Below are positions 37,434 through 47,700 of a stretch of 64,000 bases of DNA, piece after piece. The translations under genes were made by a program, and so were the position numbers. The stretch lies in assembly GCA_036745755.1 (NCBI GenBank), contig DAIOFM010000003.1:42562-106561 (forward strand), read 5' to 3'. Each line of letters opens with the position of its first letter. The stretch's first letter is position 1. This stretch comes from Spirochaetota bacterium. Lineage in GTDB: Bacteria; Spirochaetota; UBA4802; UBA5550. Under the pieces are notes generated by a model. The model had not been told where the DNA came from and made no database searches. It worked only from the letters and a program-made list of their open reading frames with translations.

Positions 37434-40223
37434 ATGAGTGAAATTTCCAGTGGTGAAATTATTGAACAGATTCTCGGCAGGAGATCAAGATTCACTGAAT
37501 ATAACAGGGCGAAAATAAGTTCCCTGCATGCCTCTCTCGGATCAACTGAACTTGTTAATTTCTTCGAATATATACCATTCCTTTTCACGGTAAACCAGCC
37601 GGAATTCCCCGGCTACGTAAAAGAGGTATCCGCCCCCCACGGAATTGCGGGGTATACTGTTCCGTCAAATCTCCTGTCACAGATAAGGATTACAAATCCG
37701 TCATATACTCCCCGGAAAACAACCACCGATGAACCTTTGATCCGGCTGATAGCCCTAATAGGGAGCGCCGGGACCATCGCATTCACTCCGGATTCAGACC
37801 TGGATTTCTGGATATGCGGAAAATTCAGTGAAATGGAGAGCGAATCACTGGCCCTGCTGCGGCGCAAATGCAGCCTTATAGAAAAATGGGCAATGAAAAC
37901 ACGCAAAAAGGAGATCCATTTTTTCCTTAATGACATAGACCGGATTAAACTGAACATCTTTGATGAAGATGAAGAGTACGGGCTATCCGGCACATCACTG
38001 GGGCAGCTGCTGAAAGAGGAGTTCTACAGGAGCTCAATTATCATAAATAACGTAACCCCGTTCTGGTGGGTTGTCCCCGCGGACACCCCGGATGATGAAT
38101 ACGACCGTCTCTATTCCATAGTTTCAGAGAGCCCGCACGCAAAGGATTTTGTAGATCTCGGAAATATTTCAGGCCTTAACAGGGGGGATTTCCTCATAGC
38201 CGCCCTTTTCCAGATTATAAAGTCCCTGGGCAATCCCTTTAAATCTATTATCAAACTGGGTCTTCTTGAGCGCTATATACATGACGAGAGGGAAAATCCC
38301 TTTATAAGCAACCAGATCAAGAAAAACGTACATGAAGGGAAAACCGACAAACACAGTGTAGACGCATACTGTCTAATGTTTGACAATGTCTACACCTACT
38401 ACGGGAAAAACACCGATGACATGACAGCCCTTAATATAATAAAGACTTCTTTTTATCTCAAGGTAAACCCCCGGCTCTCAACCGGTGAGCTCCGGGCCGA
38501 AAAAGATGAGAACCGTGAAATAATGAACTCTTACACGAAAAACTGGGGCTGGGATGAGGACACCATAGCACGCGTTGATTCATTCGAAAACTGGGACATA
38601 GAGTCAACGAACAGAATGATGAATAATACAAAAAAAATCATTCTCAGGGGCTATAAAAATATACTTAACAGGCTGGGGGATGAGATAAACACGGGATCAA
38701 TAAACAGGGAATCCCTTCTGGCCATTAACAGGAAAATATACTCCCACTTCAATCCTGAAGAGACTAAAATTGACAACACCCTGAACTTTAAAAAATATCC
38801 GCCTGAAAAACTCCTTTCCCTTGATTACGTAAGGGACGTAAAGGGGAATGAATCCTGGTACCTGAGTAAAAGGATCATTTCAGTGGGAAAAGCCTCCAAG
38901 ACCCTGATAAGGAAAAGTTCCCATCTTTTTTCACTTATAGTCTGGATCAGCCTGAACGGACTTTATAAAAAAGATTATACACGACTCGATATAGAACAGG
39001 GTTTCTATCACATGGACACTAATTATATAAGGGACCTTATATCAGTGCTATCGGAACATTTTTCTATTAAGGGCCTTCATCTGCAGAACAGCTTTTTTCT
39101 CCGCAACCCTTTCCCTGTAATGAGTTTTATCATGATTAACCCCTTTTCAAAATATTCAAAACAGATTGATGAAATAATCTTTCTATATCATAACAGCTGG
39201 GGGGAGACCCGGTTTGAGATCTACAACAACGCGAATGACCTTGCCCAGATAGCGGCGCGTATAATAAACGGCACCCTGACTTCAGGAATGGACGGCATAA
39301 ACGCGCTGCAGGTAACTTCATCCAGCCCTTTCAGCAGTTCAAAAGCGTTTCAGGAGACCAGGACAACTCTTAAAAACATGCTTCAGTTCTTTACAGTGAC
39401 CTCAACCCCGGTAAAACAGAGATTCATCACTATGCTGGGCAACAGGCTCACCGTTTTTTCAAACACGGTCAGACAGCGGGGGATTTCCCCTGTATCGTTC
39501 ACGCAATACAGCTCAGAAGCCCAGATGCTATATTCAATATCTTATAACCGGGGCATCCAGAACAGGAACTTCGCTGACGGAAAAATCCCGGGGCTCGAAT
39601 ACCTTTCAACGATGCTCTCATACCACTCGCCCGATTCAATTAAGATTTTCTTTGATGAAGGGAGAAAGTACTCCCGGTTTTTTGTACTGAACGAAAGGGG
39701 CGCGCTTATCATGCTCCGTAAAAAAACTGAATACACCGCCCAGTACCTCTCAGGACTTATATCGTATGCGGAAAGTGTTATTGAACATATAATATCATCC
39801 AGCCCTGAATCAGAGCTGGCAAAAAACGCCGATTCAATTAAAGTATATAAAATAACACACCCCTCTCCCGGCAACAGCGAGATCAGGGAACATGACTACC
39901 GTAATGATGGAATGCTCAAGCTGCAGAGAGATAAAAATTTCCCTGTCACACTTTCACTCCACCTTCTTGACAGCGGTGAAGTGGGTTACAGGTTTACCCT
40001 GCCTGACGGCGGGCTCTCTGAAATTTTCAACCGGGATGAAATTGAAAGTGTAAGCAGAGAGATATCATCCCTTATGACAAGCGTCAAGGGATACAGCTTC
40101 TACCCCTCTGCGGCGAATCTCGATCACACTGAAATAAAGATGTACAGCATTTACACATCCTTTGCATTTTCTGAAAAAAACAGGTTCGAAATGATGATAG
40201 AAAAAAACCTCGGCATGGTTTAA
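37434..40223 (+). CDS. cyaA: class I adenylate cyclase homolog (CyaA type)
   Basis: GGAGA RBS (37421-37425). Blocks collinear with E. coli CyaA as I recall it: 'IGSAGTIAFTPDSDLDFWIC' (vs '[20 protein letters not shown]'), 'LLRRKCSLIEKWA' (vs 'LLQRKCSLLENWA'), 'LLKEEFYRSS' (vs 'LLDEFYRTA'), 'LFQIIKSLGNPFKSIIKLGLLERY' (vs '[24 protein letters not shown]'), 'SFYLKV' (vs 'CFYLKV'). 929 aa from the ATG. Confidence 0.8.
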   Translation: MSEISSGEIIEQILGRRSRFTEYNRAKISSLHASLGSTELVNFFEYIPFLFTVNQPEFPGYVKEVSAPHGIAGYTVPSNLLSQIRITNPSYTPRKTTTDEPLIRLIALIGSAGTIAFTPDSDLDFWICGKFSEMESESLALLRRKCSLIEKWAMKTRKKEIHFFLNDIDRIKLNIFDEDEEYGLSGTSLGQLLKEEFYRSSIIINNVTPFWWVVPADTPDDEYDRLYSIVSESPHAKDFVDLGNISGLNRGDFLIAALFQIIKSLGNPFKSIIKLGLLERYIHDERENPFISNQIKKNVHEGKTDKHSVDAYCLMFDNVYTYYGKNTDDMTALNIIKTSFYLKVNPRLSTGELRAEKDENREIMNSYTKNWGWDEDTIARVDSFENWDIESTNRMMNNTKKIILRGYKNILNRLGDEINTGSINRESLLAINRKIYSHFNPEETKIDNTLNFKKYPPEKLLSLDYVRDVKGNESWYLSKRIISVGKASKTLIRKSSHLFSLIVWISLNGLYKKDYTRLDIEQGFYHMDTNYIRDLISVLSEHFSIKGLHLQNSFFLRNPFPVMSFIMINPFSKYSKQIDEIIFLYHNSWGETRFEIYNNANDLAQIAARIINGTLTSGMDGINALQVTSSSPFSSSKAFQETRTTLKNMLQFFTVTSTPVKQRFITMLGNRLTVFSNTVRQRGISPVSFTQYSSEAQMLYSISYNRGIQNRNFADGKIPGLEYLSTMLSYHSPDSIKIFFDEGRKYSRFFVLNERGALIMLRKKTEYTAQYLSGLISYAESVIEHIISSSPESELAKNADSIKVYKITHPSPGNSEIREHDYRNDGMLKLQRDKNFPVTLSLHLLDSGEVGYRFTLPDGGLSEIFNRDEIESVSREISSLMTSVKGYSFYPSAANLDHTEIKMYSIYTSFAFSEKNRFEMMIEKNLGMV

Positions 40224-40239
40224 GGAACACGTAACTTTA

Positions 40240-41322
40240 ATGGAAATAATGAAAAATAAAGCGGGAAGAATACACTCCCTTGACCTGCTGCGCGGCATAG
40301 CGGTTCTTCTCATGGTACAGCAGCATACCGGTTTCTGGTTCTGGAATGAAGGAGGGGCCATGGGCTCACTGCTTCATAAATATCCGGTAATGGTCACCAT
40401 AAACGGCCTCGGCGGGCTGGCGGCACCGCTTTTTATCATACTGGCAGGAGCGGGAACCGCTCTTTCCCTGAACAGCGGGAGATCAGGCCGGCAGATATTC
40501 AGGCGGGGACTGGTCCTCATCCTTTTCGGATACATCCTGAATATTCTGACACCGGCATGGTTCTCGCCGCGGTCGTGGTACGTGCTTCACCTGATCGGTT
40601 TCGGGATATGCGTATCCCCCCTCCTGCATAAAAAAAACTCTTTTATACTCTTCACTGCCGCTGCCGCCATTGTGGTAATATCAGTATTTCTCCTCTACCA
40701 TTTTAAAATGCCAAGGTACTTCAGCAATGAGTTCATGAGAGGAGAGCCGGGTTTTGCGGGATTTATGAAACTCGCACTCTTTACCGGGCACTTCCCCCTG
40801 TTCCCCTGGATAACCCTTTACATGGCAGGTATTATTTCAGGAAGATGGATCAGCGAAGGAGCGTACGGCAGGATACTGAAATGCGCGGCCCTGGTCTTTT
40901 CATCTGCCGTTCTGCTTTACCTGGTAAAACAGGGCAACTTCGCCTTTATGAACAACGCTTTCGGCAAACGGTTACTGATCATCAACCTCTACATGTACCC
41001 CGCCTACCCTGTGCAGTTTCTCACACTTACGGCAGCATCCCTGCTGATGCTCTGCACGGCACTTTATACGGGCGGAAAATTTAAGATCACTTCATCCAAT
41101 ATACTTGTCCTTACGGGAAGAGCTTCACTTACGATCTTTATACTACACATAGTTATAATAAGAAACTTCATGGTTAAATCGGGCCTCTGGCAGACATTTT
41201 CAGAACCGCTGACTGTTACGCTGCAGATCAGTATAATAGCCCTTATCCTGCTCCTCGTTTATCTCTGGAATAAAAAAGACTTCAGATACGGGTTCGAATG
41301 GATCCTCAGGCGTATTACCTGA
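40240..41322 (+). CDS. DUF1624 / heparan-alpha-glucosaminide N-acetyltransferase-like membrane protein
   Basis: N-terminal 'RIHSLDLLRGIAVLLMVQQH' is typical of DUF1624/acyltransferase-3-like membrane proteins. About 10 TM segments. Lies 16 nt after the cyclase stop. Confidence 0.65.
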   Translation: MEIMKNKAGRIHSLDLLRGIAVLLMVQQHTGFWFWNEGGAMGSLLHKYPVMVTINGLGGLAAPLFIILAGAGTALSLNSGRSGRQIFRRGLVLILFGYILNILTPAWFSPRSWYVLHLIGFGICVSPLLHKKNSFILFTAAAAIVVISVFLLYHFKMPRYFSNEFMRGEPGFAGFMKLALFTGHFPLFPWITLYMAGIISGRWISEGAYGRILKCAALVFSSAVLLYLVKQGNFAFMNNAFGKRLLIINLYMYPAYPVQFLTLTAASLLMLCTALYTGGKFKITSSNILVLTGRASLTIFILHIVIIRNFMVKSGLWQTFSEPLTVTLQISIIALILLLVYLWNKKDFRYGFEWILRRIT

Positions 41323-41374
41323 ACCTTTAAATCAGGCTGCAGGCACGCCTGCAGTTGCCCCGCAATGAGTAGCG

Positions 41375-42028
41375 CTATATCTCTGATATTACCATATCTT
41401 CCGGAAGCCTCGACTTGGGAAGATTTTTATTGAAGTCTGAATCAGCATGCCTCCCAAGGGCAACAATCAGTGATGCTGTAAAACCCTTTTCACGGAGATT
41501 CAGCTCCCGGTTAAGCGCTGCCGCATCGAATCCCTCCATTGGGCAGGCGTCTATACCAAGCATGGCAGCACCCATGAGAAGCGTGCCCAGGGCTATATAG
41601 ACCTGTTTTTCAGTCCAGTGCTGAAGGTCCTTAAGCTCAAACCTGTGCATGCCGGAATAGAAGGCCCTGACCGCGGCCTGGTTTTTCTTTGCTTCGCCAT
41701 CGGGAAACCGCCCCTCCCTCTCCTCGTTTGCAAGAAGTGAATCAAGGTAAGTGTTATCAACAGATGAACGGGAACAGAGCACAACAACATGAGAGGCGTT
41801 TCTGATCTTGGGAGCGTTAGCCTCATAACGCCCTGTTGCGGCCCCTGCAATTTTCTCCTTACCCTCATCAGTACCCGCGATTATAAAATACCACGGCTGT
41901 GAATTGGTTGATGATGGCGTATACCTGAGTAGAGTTTTAATCTCCCCTACCTGTTCCCCTGTAAGCCTGAATGATGGATCAAAGACCTTGGTGGTATAAC
42001 GCTGTTTTACAAGTTCAGTAAGTGTCAT
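41375..42028 (-). CDS. oxygen-insensitive NAD(P)H nitroreductase (NfsB/NfnB-like)
   Basis: Start placed at ATG 42028 (AAGGTG RBS 6 nt upstream; the track start is a GTG at 42037). Blocks 'RYTTKVFD', 'PSSTNSQPWYFIIA', 'GIDACPMEGFD'. Confidence 0.85.
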   Translation of the reverse strand: MTLTELVKQRYTTKVFDPSFRLTGEQVGEIKTLLRYTPSSTNSQPWYFIIAGTDEGKEKIAGAATGRYEANAPKIRNASHVVVLCSRSSVDNTYLDSLLANEEREGRFPDGEAKKNQAAVRAFYSGMHRFELKDLQHWTEKQVYIALGTLLMGAAMLGIDACPMEGFDAAALNRELNLREKGFTASLIVALGRHADSDFNKNLPKSRLPEDMVISEI

Positions 42029-42205
42029 AGAATTCACCTTTCTTTCCCGTATGGTTTCATTTGCCGTCTTTCATTTTAAAAATACATAAATTTAGCGGGC
42101 AGTCTTCCCAAATTAAAAAAATTTTCCTCACATAAACACAACAAAAACCTTGACTCTCTTCATAAACGCTTTTTAATAATATCTGCATACACAAAGGATA
42201 CAGCT

Positions 42206-43018
42206 ATGATCATTGACGCGCACACACATATATACCCGGACGAAGTCGCGGCAAGGGCGATTAATACCGTAATTGAAAATGGCAACGGCCTTGTTAATTT
42301 TCATACTGACGGAACATACAGAGGCCTTCTTGCCTCAATGGATGAGGCGGGCATAGATTATTCAATAGTTCTCCCTGTTGCCACCAGCCTGGGACACGGG
42401 AAGACTATATTAAAATGGATCAGAAGTACTGCCCACCTGTCAAAACGGCTGATCTTCTTCGGTTCGGTCCACCCTGAAGATACCGGCTACAGGGAGACAA
42501 TAAAAGAGATGAGGAAAGAGGGGATACAGGGTATAAAATTTCATCCCGGCTACCAGAACTTCCCGGCCGATTCACCGGAGGCCTTCAGGGTATATGAAGA
42601 GGCGCTTAAAAATGACATGGTTCTCCATTTTCATTCAGGATTTGACCCCAGCCTCCCTGCATGTGATTACACCTCTGTCGAGCGCTTTGCAGTAATGGTA
42701 AAGGCCTTCAGCGGTTCAAAAATTGTGCTGGCCCATGCGGGCGGGATGGATGAATGGCTGAAAGTAAATGACCTGCTGGGGAACAGGGGATGTTATTTCG
42801 ATATAGCATGGGTACTGGAGAAGATGAAAGCCAGCGAAACCGCCAGGGAGCTGTACAGGCAGAATGATGATTACTTCCTCTTCGGAACGGACACTCCGTG
42901 GTGCGATCAGAAACATTATGTACAGCTGATTCAGAATTCTGAAACCCTTACCGATGAGCAGAAAGAGAAGATGTTCTTCAGAAACATACTGAAACTCATC
43001 AAAATTGAAAAATTTTAA
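42206..43018 (+). CDS. metal-dependent amidohydrolase (Amidohydro_2-like)
   Basis: 'MIIDAHTHIYPDEV' HxH motif, later 'KFHPGYQNF' and 'VLAHAGG'. Same family as 24913-25779. Confidence 0.75.
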   Translation: MIIDAHTHIYPDEVAARAINTVIENGNGLVNFHTDGTYRGLLASMDEAGIDYSIVLPVATSLGHGKTILKWIRSTAHLSKRLIFFGSVHPEDTGYRETIKEMRKEGIQGIKFHPGYQNFPADSPEAFRVYEEALKNDMVLHFHSGFDPSLPACDYTSVERFAVMVKAFSGSKIVLAHAGGMDEWLKVNDLLGNRGCYFDIAWVLEKMKASETARELYRQNDDYFLFGTDTPWCDQKHYVQLIQNSETLTDEQKEKMFFRNILKLIKIEKF

Positions 43019-43115
43019 AGACGGAATTTTATCCTGCATAATTATTTTTTATATAAAAAAATACTTGCCCACACATCACCTCGCCCTTTTACAATACATT
43101 TGAGGACAGGAAGCT

Positions 43116-44111
43116 ATGGGAAACAGAACTCATCAGATGTACGCCAATATAGGTAAACTGATCACATCATCACTTGAGATACACCAGGTGGTGGACGGCG
43201 TTATGGAGGAGATAAAACAGTTTTTCGATCCTGAGCACTGGAGCCTGTTAAGGCTTGATCACACATCGGGAGAACTCTATTTCATTTATATTCAGGGTAA
43301 TGATATCGAAGCCCTTAAAAAGTTCAGGCTTAAACCAGGTGAGGGAATCGCCGGGACTGTTGCCGAAACCGGGGAATCAATCTTTGTTCCTGACGCAAGG
43401 TCCGATCCCAGGTTTTCTGACAGGGTTGACAAACTCATTAATTTTAAAACCCGCTCTATTATCGCCGTACCCCTCATACACAGGGGCATCACTTACGGCG
43501 TTATCGAAATTGTTAACTGTGACAAAGAGGTACTTTTTTCTGAAGACGACCACCTGATACTCAAGACCATTGCTGATTTTACGGCAATTGCAATGGCAAA
43601 CTCATCACTTTACCACCAGGTGATAGAGCAGAACTGTCATGATCCTCTCACCGGGCTCTTTAACCGCAGAATGCTCCATGACTATATTTCCCAGTGGTCA
43701 GGGAAAAATGTTCCTTCACGCAGACATTCCGACTCGGTGGAGGAGATTGTTGTTGTTTACATGGACCTGGACAATTTCAAGGACATAAACGACAACTACG
43801 GTCACAGAGAAGGGGACCTTGCACTTGTGTCTGTTACGGGAAAACTGAAAAACATATTCAGAAGCGAAGACCTGCTTTTCAGGATAGGAGGGGATGAATT
43901 TCTCGCTGTTATGAAGGTAAGTATCGGTGAAGACATCTCACACATCATCGAAAGAATTACTGACGATTTCAACAGCACCTTTTACACCTCCCCCGACGGG
44001 AAGAGAGATGTTTCAATTTCTCACGGGATTGCAAGGGGCTCCATAAGGGAAATTGAGTCTCTAATTACAGAAGCCGACAGGCAGATGTACCTTAAAAAGG
44101 AACACTCCTGA
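43116..44111 (+). CDS. GAF domain - GGDEF diguanylate cyclase
   Basis: GAF blocks ('GEGIAGTVAETGESIFVPDARSDPRF', 'SIIAVPL'). GGDEF domain with 'GGDEF' and an RxxD I-site ('RSED') 5 residues upstream. Confidence 0.9.
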   Translation: MGNRTHQMYANIGKLITSSLEIHQVVDGVMEEIKQFFDPEHWSLLRLDHTSGELYFIYIQGNDIEALKKFRLKPGEGIAGTVAETGESIFVPDARSDPRFSDRVDKLINFKTRSIIAVPLIHRGITYGVIEIVNCDKEVLFSEDDHLILKTIADFTAIAMANSSLYHQVIEQNCHDPLTGLFNRRMLHDYISQWSGKNVPSRRHSDSVEEIVVVYMDLDNFKDINDNYGHREGDLALVSVTGKLKNIFRSEDLLFRIGGDEFLAVMKVSIGEDISHIIERITDDFNSTFYTSPDGKRDVSISHGIARGSIREIESLITEADRQMYLKKEHS

Positions 44112-44182
44112 TTTAAAAAGCTTTACCTTGGAAAAAAATAAAATTCTCGACTGCCGGCATGCCTGCCTATAAAATCAGTCTT

Positions 44183-44788
44183 ATGAAGATACATTTCATC
44201 ACGCCGGCAGCAATCCTGCTCATCCTTGCTTTGTGTTCATGGCAGAGCACCGAGCCTCTGAAAGAGTGGGAGGAGTTTTCCCGCCTGAAGAACAAAAAAG
44301 TATTAATGAAATGGCTGAGAATAAGCGCTCTATCCATATGCAGCGGTGAAAAAAAAATATCTCCATGTAATTTAAAACTCCCGGGCGCATATGGCAGGGC
44401 CGGGCTATTCATAACATTGATCAAAAACGGAAAAGTAAGAGGATGTTTCGGAGCTTTTGACCACAGTGAAACAGATACTGCAATACTAATTTCAAAATAC
44501 CTTAAAGGTGCTCTTTCGTATGATCCAAGGCACGCCCCTCTTGAACTTTATGAACTGGATGAAACAGATATAATAATAACCATAACATCCCGCCCCGAAC
44601 CGGTTGAGAATTTAAATAATGTTGACATCACTCATTTCGGGGTGTTTATTGAATGTGAAGGTAAAGCAGGGACCGTACTTGTGCCTGCCGAATACAAAAC
44701 CGCCAGCAGGCTGAACCGGAACAACAGATATAAAAACTGCCGCCTTAGCCGTTTCAGGGCAGTAACAATCAGGGAGGACCACAGATGA
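44183..44788 (+). CDS. AMMECR1-like protein with N-terminal signal/anchor
   Basis: 'GLFITLIKNGKVRGCFGAF', 'SYDPRHAP' and 'HFGVFIECEGKAGTVLVPAEY' match the AMMECR1 core (LRGCIG ... D.RF.P ... HG..I). Hydrophobic N-terminus 'MKIHFITPAAILLILALCS'. The start is ambiguous (44159 or 44183). The stop overlaps the A2M ATG (ATGA). Confidence 0.65.
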   Translation: MKIHFITPAAILLILALCSWQSTEPLKEWEEFSRLKNKKVLMKWLRISALSICSGEKKISPCNLKLPGAYGRAGLFITLIKNGKVRGCFGAFDHSETDTAILISKYLKGALSYDPRHAPLELYELDETDIIITITSRPEPVENLNNVDITHFGVFIECEGKAGTVLVPAEYKTASRLNRNNRYKNCRLSRFRAVTIREDHR

Positions 44789-47700
44789 AAAAATCACGGG
44801 TAGCCGCTCTTTGCGCATTAATACTATCCGCCATGGTGCTTACAGATATTGCACCTGTTACTTTTGACAGCAGCGTTAACCCGGCTTACGCGGGTACAGA
44901 TGAACTCGAACAGAAGGCGTACATTGAAGGGAAGATCACAGACTCCGCAACAGGCAAGCCTGTAAAAGGGGCTGTTATTGAAATAAAAAACGCGAACAGA
45001 GGTGTTGGATATTATAAAACAGAATCCAACTGGAGAGGTCTCTACAGGATAGATAACTTTATCCCCTATATAAAATATGAGATTGAAGTTTCAGCTAAAG
45101 GGTATGTTTCCTGGACCCAGACTTCAAGCATAACCTCGGTAAAAAATGATATAAGGCTCACTAAAGAATCGGTTATTTCCGGAACAGTAAAAAACAGTTC
45201 AGGGAGGGTACTACCCGATGTTGAAGTCTCTTTAAAACCTTCTTACGGTTATTATAACGGAGCCGGCGGAAATTACCCCACAAGGCCTGTTTTCACAAAA
45301 ACGGACAGCAAAGGAAACTACAGGTTCAACAAGCTCAGGGCAGGCCCCTATCTTGTTACATTCACCAGGGGGGGATATATCACAGAAACAGCATCCCTTT
45401 CAGGTATCAAGTCAGCCGAGGATTTCAGGCTCCAGATGGTCATGTACAGGCCTGCAACAGTCTCAGGAAAAGTATCAATTCAGGGTATCGATTCCCCTGC
45501 TGTAAACATAAATGTCAACGCGGGGGGGAGATACAATTATTCCAATATCACTTACCGCGACGGTTCATTTCTTCTTGAAGACGTAAAACCGGGCAACTAT
45601 ACACTTACACTCTCACACCAGGGCTTCAATACCATCAAAGTGAAAAACCTGAAAGTCCGGGAAGGAGAAAACAGGGATAACCTTAAATACAGCATCAAGG
45701 CAAAATCCCCTGACATAAAAATTCACTCATACAGGTACACCTTCACTCCCGGGAATGAAGTGGAATTCAACCTTCGTACACTCCGTCTAGATACAGTACA
45801 CGTAAAAGTTTACAGAGTGCCGGTAGAAAACTTTCTCGCGGACAACCGTGACCCGGAAGACCTTAACCCCGCCAGGGCGGGATTTAAGACCGTAACAGAA
45901 TGGGAGCAGGGGGTTAAAGACTTCAACCCCTATGAATGGATGTATTTTTCAGTCAGGGTAAACAAGCCGCTTGCCGCTGGAGGATACTGTATTGAGGCCA
46001 GTGGAAAAGGGGGAATCCTTTCAAGAAAATTCTTCACTGTTACCAATCTCGGTGTTGTTGTAAAACGATCACCCGAAAACATAAGCGCATACGTAACAGA
46101 CCTTGTTCAGAACAGGCCGCTGAAAAATGTAACTGTCGTAATATATGACCACAGGTTTAAAAAAATAAATAACGAAACCTATCTCAATGAAAGTCAGGGG
46201 ATAGATATAGAAAGACTCCCCGTAAAGGTCCTGGGAAAAGGAAAAACAGACAAAGACGGCATCTTCAGATCAAGAGCCAGCTCTGGTGAAAAGATGTTTC
46301 TGCTGGCAGTTTCAGATGAGGGAAGCTATGCCATATGCGGAGCAGGCGCATCCAACTACTACAGGAGTGAAAAGGACAAGCTTTTCATATACACTGACCG
46401 CCCTGTATACAGAACCGGCGACAAACTGCATTTCAAGATACTGGCCAAAAGGATGGAGCAAAAATTTATTCCGATAAAAAACAGGACCCTCTACTACTCT
46501 ATTCAGAAATCATACTCAGGGAAGATTATATCATCAGGGGAAATGAGGCTCGATGAATGGGGGACTATTCACGGCAGTGCCGATATCCCCTCCGACTCCG
46601 AGCTGGGCTATTTCACTATAAAAGCAGGTTTCAGTAAAAAGGATATGTACGGCACAGGCTCCTTCTACATAGAGCAGTACAGAAAGCCCGAATTCAAAGT
46701 AGAGATAATGCCGTCAAAAGCCTTTTTTATAAACGGAGAAACCGCTGAGTTCAAGGTTGAATCAAAATATTTCTTCGGGGCACCGCTCCCGAACGCCCTG
46801 GTGAAATACCGTTTCTTTGAGCGCAAAATTCAAAGCAGCGATGATCCAATGGCCGATGAATATAACTCACGATCATCATATTCCCGCATGAAACTTGAAG
46901 GTGAAAAATATACTGATGCGAACGGCAACACCCTTCTGAAAATTGCCGCGGGGAACTACCCCTACGACAGGGAGATTACCCTTGAAGCATCAGTTACAGA
47001 TAAATCAAACGTAACAATCACCTCTTCCAGAACAGTAAAGGTAGGGCGCGGTGAATTTTACATTAAAATAACACCTGAAGAAAATTTCTTCGGAGCAAAA
47101 AGCGAGAAGAGGGTAACAGTAACAGCCCTTACTCATTCGGGTAAACCGGTGAGCACATCACTTGAACTTAACCTCCTCAAATATATATGGAAGCCTGTGC
47201 AGAGAGTATATGTTCACGACACCAGGCCCTATTTTACGAAAAAGATCACAACAGATAAAAAGGGAAGAGCAGAATTCAGGCTCCCCTCTGACTTCACCGC
47301 ATACGGTGAGTTCGACCTCACGGCTGCAGGAACAGACGCCAGGGGAAATTCAATTACAGGCTCAAAGATAATATGGATATACAACGACGCGGGAGGGGAT
47401 TCAGAATCAAAATTCAGGAACCTTGAGCTTACTGTCAACAAGTCTGAGCTCAGCGGACCTGGAGAGATAACCTGCCTTATTAAGAGCAGGTTTAAAGACT
47501 CATACGCGCTTGTCACTCTTGAGGGAAGAGACCTCTATGAGTACAGGGTAATTAAAATGTCAAAAAATATTATGCCCGTTAAGTTTAAAATAGACAGGAA
47601 GCTCGCCCCCAACCTGTTTGTGAGGTGCGCGATGCAGCGCGGCCGGGCACTGTATACCGCGGAAAGCGAGGTAGCCATACCGGTTGAAGATGTTAAACTG

